Positions 59,378 through 64,000 of a stretch of 64,000 nucleotides of DNA are shown here, piece after piece. Where the stretch lies: assembly GCA_965208675.1 (NCBI GenBank), contig OZ242351.1:3744001-3808000 (forward strand), given 5' to 3'. The DNA is from Candidatus Poribacteria bacterium. GTDB taxonomy: Bacteria; Poribacteria; WGA-4E; PCPOR2b. The notes below the pieces were generated by a model. The model had not been told where the DNA came from, made no database searches, and saw only the letters and a program-made list of their open reading frames with translations. The number at the start of each line of letters is the position of its first letter. Within the stretch, counting starts at the first letter, position 1. The position numbers and the translations under genes were made by a program.

Positions 59378-62185
59378 ATGCCCAATCGGAAACCAATGAA
59401 TAAGGAGTCTCTTTTGAAAACACTACCTGTGAATCGAATGTGTCTCATGTTCGTCTTTGTTGCAATCCTGATAATTTACACACAAGACAGTCACGGGCAA
59501 TCGATAACCGCATCAATCACAGAACCGTTGACGGAAGCATCCCTACATGAAAGTGTTGTCACACTTACGCTTAGCGGCGGTCGGTTCGTTGATAGCCGAT
59601 GGCGCATTAAAGATGCGTTGTCCATCTCCGGCATTGAGGGTGTTGATTTTGAATCGTGGAATGTGGAACGGGTGAGCGACACGGTGGCAACCGTTGGACT
59701 TGAGTTTGCTGGCAACATTGACATTAATGCAGTCCTAACCTTCACTGTGGAAGCAGGCGCAATCGCGGAATATAATGGAAACGCGCTTGTAGCGACATTA
59801 CCTGTCACTGCGATACAGGAATCGCTGAAGGCATCGACAGAGATCCCCTTGACAGAAGCGATGCTGAACCAAGGCATTATTACACTCACGCTCACCGGCC
59901 GACAGTTTGTTCATCGGCGATGGAATATCAGAGATGCGTTGTCCGTCTCCGGCATTGAAGGGGTTTCTCTTGCCGATTTCCTAATACGTGTAAGCGACAC
60001 CGAAGTGACAATTAAACTTGAGTTTGCTGGCAACATTGACGAGGATGCCACGCTCACCCTCGCGGTTGGTCCCGATGCCATTGCAGGATACGATAAACCT
60101 TTTACTGTTCAAATCCCCGTCACCGCCGTGGAGGAATCATTGCATGCATCTACAGAGGCACCCTTGACGGAAGCAACACTGCACGGAAGTATTATCACCT
60201 TAACACTTAGTGGCCGGCAATTCAATGATGCTCGATGGGTGATTGGAGACGCATTGTCCGTCTCCGGCATTGATGGAGTTACTACGGGAGAATGGTCGTC
60301 GGGTGTGAGACGTCGGAGTGACACGGAAGTAACAATTGAACTTGAGTTTGCTGGAAACATTGACGAGGATGCCACGCTCACCCTCACCGTTGGTCCCGAT
60401 GCCTTAGTAGGATACGATAAACCCTTTACCTTTGAATTCCCTGTCACAGCCGTTGAGGAATCGCTGACCGCATCAACGGGGTTCCCCTTAACGGAGGCGA
60501 CGCTGGACGGCAGCATTATCAGCCTCTCGCTCAGCGGACGTTCCTTTGTCGAAGACTTTTCTCCCGATTGGGGTAGAGAAGCCCCAGAGTCAGTCTCCGG
60601 CATTGAAGGTGTTACTGTTCAATACTCTGGTGTGAGACGTGTAAGTGATACGGAGGTGACAATTATATTGGCATTCTCCGGCAATATAGACGCCGATGCT
60701 ACACTCACTCTCACCGTAGGTACGGATGCTATAGTAGGATACAATGAAGAGTTCTTAATCCAATTGCCTGTTATAGCTGTTGAGGAATCATTGGTCGCAG
60801 CAACCGCCGCACCCTTGACAGAGGCTACGCTGGACGGCAGCATCATCTCACTCTCACTAAACGGACGGCAGTTTGCCGACTGGTGGACTGCCGAAGACTG
60901 GTCAGTTTCCGGCATTGACGGTGTTACATTTGGTTATGGGGAACGTGTGAGCGACACAGAGATAGTAGTGCCGCTTGAATTTGATGGCACTGACTTTGAT
61001 ACCGACGCAACACTTGGCTTTACTGTCGAGGCAAATATGGCAAATTACAATCAGGCGTTAACAGCACAGATTCCTGTTACCGCGATACAACAATCGAACG
61101 CCACCGTGAGCATTGCGCCCTCGCCGGTCGAATCTCCTGATTTGGGAGAACGGCTCATATTCAACCTCAATATCGCAGGCGGAGAAAACATTGCGGGCTA
61201 TCAGGCAATCGTGTTGTTTGATGACACCGCGCTAAGCCTCGTTGATGCTGCCAATGGCGACTACCTGCCAGCAGAGGCCTTCTTCATAGCGGACGGGCCC
61301 ATTGGAGAGTCTTCGCAAATCATATACAGCCTCTCCGATGTCAGCAACGGCAACAGTATTGAGGACTATCGTAAGGTGACGCTCACCGCCAACACACTTG
61401 GTGGTGCAGGAAACGGCGATGGCACACTCGCCTCCCTCACGTTTGAGGTCGTCGACTTTAAACCATCCAAAGTGATTCCATCCCAAGTCTACCTTGTGGA
61501 TGTAGATGGCAAGCGATGGGAGGCGACTACGGAAAGTGCAGAGGTGGCTATGCCGCCCGAACCGGAAGAACTAATGTTCGGGGATATCAACCGCGATGAC
61601 GTGGTAAACATCGAAGATTTGGCAATCGTCGGTGCCCGGCTCGGTCAGAGGGGAAAAAACAGCGCGGATGTTAACGAAGATGGTCTTGTCGATATTGTTG
61701 ACATCGTCCTTGTAGCCAGTGCGTTCGATGCCGCCGCCGCCGCACCTGCCTTATATCCGCAAGCATTGGATCTGTTCACAACTGTAGAGGTAAGCCAGTG
61801 GCTCACCCAAGCCCAGGGGCTATACCTTACGGATGCAACCTTTCAACGAGGAATCCGCTTCTTAGAACAACTCCTCACAATGTTGACACCGAAAGACACA
61901 TTACTGCTTCCAAACTACCCGAATCCATTCAACCCTGAGACTTGGATTCCGTATCGGTTGGCGGAGGATGCTTTCGTAACATTAGCCATTTATTGTGGAG
62001 ACGGGCAAGTCGTCCGTACCTTTAATGTTGGGTACCAGCGTGCGGCGTTCTACGAAAGTCAGTCGAAAGCAATCCACTGGGACGGTAAAAACGAATTCGG
62101 TGAGCAGGTGGCGAGCGGTGTGTATTTTTATCGTCTGTCTGCAGGGGACTTTTCCGCAATACGCAAGATGCTTATCTTGAAGTAA
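59378..62185 (+). CDS. Secreted protein: five ~105-aa Ig-like repeats + cohesin-like + dockerin + C-terminal sorting domain
   Basis: PLTEA.L.GS.ITLTL.GR.F repeats; ENIAGYQ..GDGTLA cohesin; GDINRDDVVNIEDL/ADVNEDGLVDIVDI dockerin; LLPNYPNPFNPETWIPY; start may be the ATG at 59396. Confidence 0.88.
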   Translation: MPNRKPMNKESLLKTLPVNRMCLMFVFVAILIIYTQDSHGQSITASITEPLTEASLHESVVTLTLSGGRFVDSRWRIKDALSISGIEGVDFESWNVERVSDTVATVGLEFAGNIDINAVLTFTVEAGAIAEYNGNALVATLPVTAIQESLKASTEIPLTEAMLNQGIITLTLTGRQFVHRRWNIRDALSVSGIEGVSLADFLIRVSDTEVTIKLEFAGNIDEDATLTLAVGPDAIAGYDKPFTVQIPVTAVEESLHASTEAPLTEATLHGSIITLTLSGRQFNDARWVIGDALSVSGIDGVTTGEWSSGVRRRSDTEVTIELEFAGNIDEDATLTLTVGPDALVGYDKPFTFEFPVTAVEESLTASTGFPLTEATLDGSIISLSLSGRSFVEDFSPDWGREAPESVSGIEGVTVQYSGVRRVSDTEVTIILAFSGNIDADATLTLTVGTDAIVGYNEEFLIQLPVIAVEESLVAATAAPLTEATLDGSIISLSLNGRQFADWWTAEDWSVSGIDGVTFGYGERVSDTEIVVPLEFDGTDFDTDATLGFTVEANMANYNQALTAQIPVTAIQQSNATVSIAPSPVESPDLGERLIFNLNIAGGENIAGYQAIVLFDDTALSLVDAANGDYLPAEAFFIADGPIGESSQIIYSLSDVSNGNSIEDYRKVTLTANTLGGAGNGDGTLASLTFEVVDFKPSKVIPSQVYLVDVDGKRWEATTESAEVAMPPEPEELMFGDINRDDVVNIEDLAIVGARLGQRGKNSADVNEDGLVDIVDIVLVASAFDAAAAAPALYPQALDLFTTVEVSQWLTQAQGLYLTDATFQRGIRFLEQLLTMLTPKDTLLLPNYPNPFNPETWIPYRLAEDAFVTLAIYCGDGQVVRTFNVGYQRAAFYESQSKAIHWDGKNEFGEQVASGVYFYRLSAGDFSAIRKMLILK

Positions 62186-62221
62186 TATGTTTGTACCCTC
62201 GCAATATATAAGGAGTATTTT

Positions 62222-64000
62222 ATGAACGCACGAGATTCTAAAACAAAAGGTGTTGTATTTATTCTCGTTACCATTTTGATGGCTATCTGTGGAACGCAAA
62301 GCATCGGTTACGCGCAGGAAGGCACCCCAACAATCACAGCATCTGTTGAAGAACCGTTGACAGAAGCAATCCTACATGAGAGCTTCGTCACACTCACCCT
62401 TACCGGGTGGCAGTTTGTTGATGGCACAAGGGCTATCGGAAACGCGGTGTCAGTCTCCGGCATTGATGGTGTCACTGTTTATAGATATAACGTATACCGT
62501 GTGAGCGATACGACAGGGGAGGGCATAAGTGACACGGAGGTTGAGGTTAGACTAACATTCTCCGGTAACATGGACACTGATGCCATACTTACCTTCACCG
62601 TTGGCGCGAGCGCGATAGTAGGATATGATGGGCAAGCACTCACTGCGCAAGTCTCTGTCACTGCGATGGAGGAATCCTTGGAGGCTTCAACAGAAGCACC
62701 TTTGACCGAGGCAAACCTGCACGGAAATATCATTACCCTCATGCTCACCGGGCGCCGGTTTGTGGATAGCAACTGGGCTATTGCAGATGCAGTTGCAATC
62801 TCCGGCGTTGATGGTATTACTTTTGAACCGTGGGACGTAGACAAAATAAGCGACACGGAGGTGACCGTTGAACTGACATTTTCTGGTAACATTGACGAAG
62901 ATGCGACCCTCTCGCTCACCCTCGGTTCCGATGCCATAGTGGGCGGCGGATACGCATTTACCATTGAATTCCCTGTCCCGGCAGTGGAGGAATCCCTAGA
63001 CATTTCTACAGAGTTTCACTTGACAGAGGCTACGTTGGATGGAAGCGTCATCGCGCTCACGCTCGCAGGGCGGCAGTTTGTTGACGGCAACTGGGCTATC
63101 GCCGACGCCCTGTCCGTTTCAGGCATTGACGGCGTTACTGTAGAACCGTGGTATGTAAACAACATAAGCGGCACGGAGGTGAGGGTTAGACTAACATTCT
63201 CCGGGAACATGGACGCCGATGCAACACTTACCTTTGCCGTCGGAGCGGACGCAATAGCTGGTTATAATCAAGAGTTTACTGCACAATTTTCTGTCACCGC
63301 GATACAAAAATCAAATGCCGTGGTGAGCATTTCGCCCGCATCGGTCCAATCCCCTGCTGTCGGAGAGCAATTTACACTCAACCTCAATATCGCGGGCGGC
63401 GAAAACGTCGCAGGTTATCAAGTTACCGTGTTGTATGATGACAGCGCACTCAACCTCGTGGACGCTGCCAACGGCGGCTATCTACCAGCAAACCCATTCT
63501 TTTTGGCGGATAGGTATTACGGGTACGTAAGGCTCAATGCAAGCACACTCGCTCTGGCAGCTAACGGGGACGGCACACTCGCCGCCCTCACGTTTCAGAC
63601 CGTAGACTTTAAGGCATCCACGGTGGCCCTATCCGATGTCTACCTTGTGGATGCCGATGGAATACGGTGGGAGGCGACGACCATAGATGCGGAGGTAACG
63701 ATACCCCCAGAACCGCCAGAACCAATCTTTGGGGATGTTAACCGCGATGGCGTCGTGGACATCCAAGATTTGAAAATCGTCAACGCCCGCTTCGGCCAGA
63801 CCGGGCAAAACAGTGCCGACCTCAACGAGGATGGTTTGGTCGATATCATCGACCTCGTCCTCGTTGCCGGCGCCGTTGGCGACGAGGCAGCCGCACCTAA
63901 ATTATTTCCACAGGCATTAGAATTGATTACAACTACCGATATCCAAGATTGGCTCACCGAGGCACGACAATTAACATTGACCGACCCCGTATACCTCCGC
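62222..64000 (+). CDS. Paralogue with three Ig-like repeats + cohesin + dockerin (3' end outside the window)
   Basis: SD aaggag and ATG at 62222 (MNARDSKTKGVVFILV..); the same frame reads ARQLTLTDPVYLR at the window end; absent from the ORF track because it has no stop in the window. Confidence 0.88.
   Translation, partial: MNARDSKTKGVVFILVTILMAICGTQSIGYAQEGTPTITASVEEPLTEAILHESFVTLTLTGWQFVDGTRAIGNAVSVSGIDGVTVYRYNVYRVSDTTGEGISDTEVEVRLTFSGNMDTDAILTFTVGASAIVGYDGQALTAQVSVTAMEESLEASTEAPLTEANLHGNIITLMLTGRRFVDSNWAIADAVAISGVDGITFEPWDVDKISDTEVTVELTFSGNIDEDATLSLTLGSDAIVGGGYAFTIEFPVPAVEESLDISTEFHLTEATLDGSVIALTLAGRQFVDGNWAIADALSVSGIDGVTVEPWYVNNISGTEVRVRLTFSGNMDADATLTFAVGADAIAGYNQEFTAQFSVTAIQKSNAVVSISPASVQSPAVGEQFTLNLNIAGGENVAGYQVTVLYDDSALNLVDAANGGYLPANPFFLADRYYGYVRLNASTLALAANGDGTLAALTFQTVDFKASTVALSDVYLVDADGIRWEATTIDAEVTIPPEPPEPIFGDVNRDGVVDIQDLKIVNARFGQTGQNSADLNEDGLVDIIDLVLVAGAVGDEAAAPKLFPQALELITTTDIQDWLTEARQLTLTDPVYLR

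Noticed and set aside
1-64000. tRNA, rRNA or intact transposase genes
   Set aside because: None recognised by eye; tRNAscan-SE and cmscan were not run.

Overview
Bacterial genomic window, most likely from a Candidatus Poribacteria-like organism. This is an inference from the expanded 'LPEGAKLRLGKG' WD40 proteins, the LRR/dockerin/cohesin proteins, the 'LLPNYPNPFNPETWIPY' C-terminal domain and the dense REP-like repeats. 1-15 kb: mostly minus-strand genes for Moco synthesis, an SPFH protein, three paralogous WD40 proteins that appear to have recombined, and sugar-acid catabolic enzymes. 15.6-40.6 kb: a co-oriented energy cluster of a complete nuoA-N operon (fused nuoCD), a HEAT-repeat gene, a two-subunit 2-oxoacid:ferredoxin oxidoreductase and aceE-aceF-lpdA. 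40.9-46.1 kb: hicBA, a PAS histidine kinase and a sigma-54 enhancer-binding regulator. Just downstream are palindromic enhancer-like sites and a consensus sigma-54 promoter (46575-46589). The promoter points into a ~7.5 kb region where microproteins, lipoproteins and decayed genes are separated by at least nine 60-83 nt hairpins. These hairpins share WATG...C(A/G)CC ends, show G.U and compensatory pairing, and have variable C/U-rich interiors; they are the best candidate for an undescribed system. 55-64 kb: secreted modular proteins, including two paralogues with ~105-aa Ig-like repeats carrying variable Trp-rich loops plus cohesin and dockerin domains. No rRNA, tRNA, CRISPR array or intact transposase was recognised. 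All alignments and folds were done by eye.
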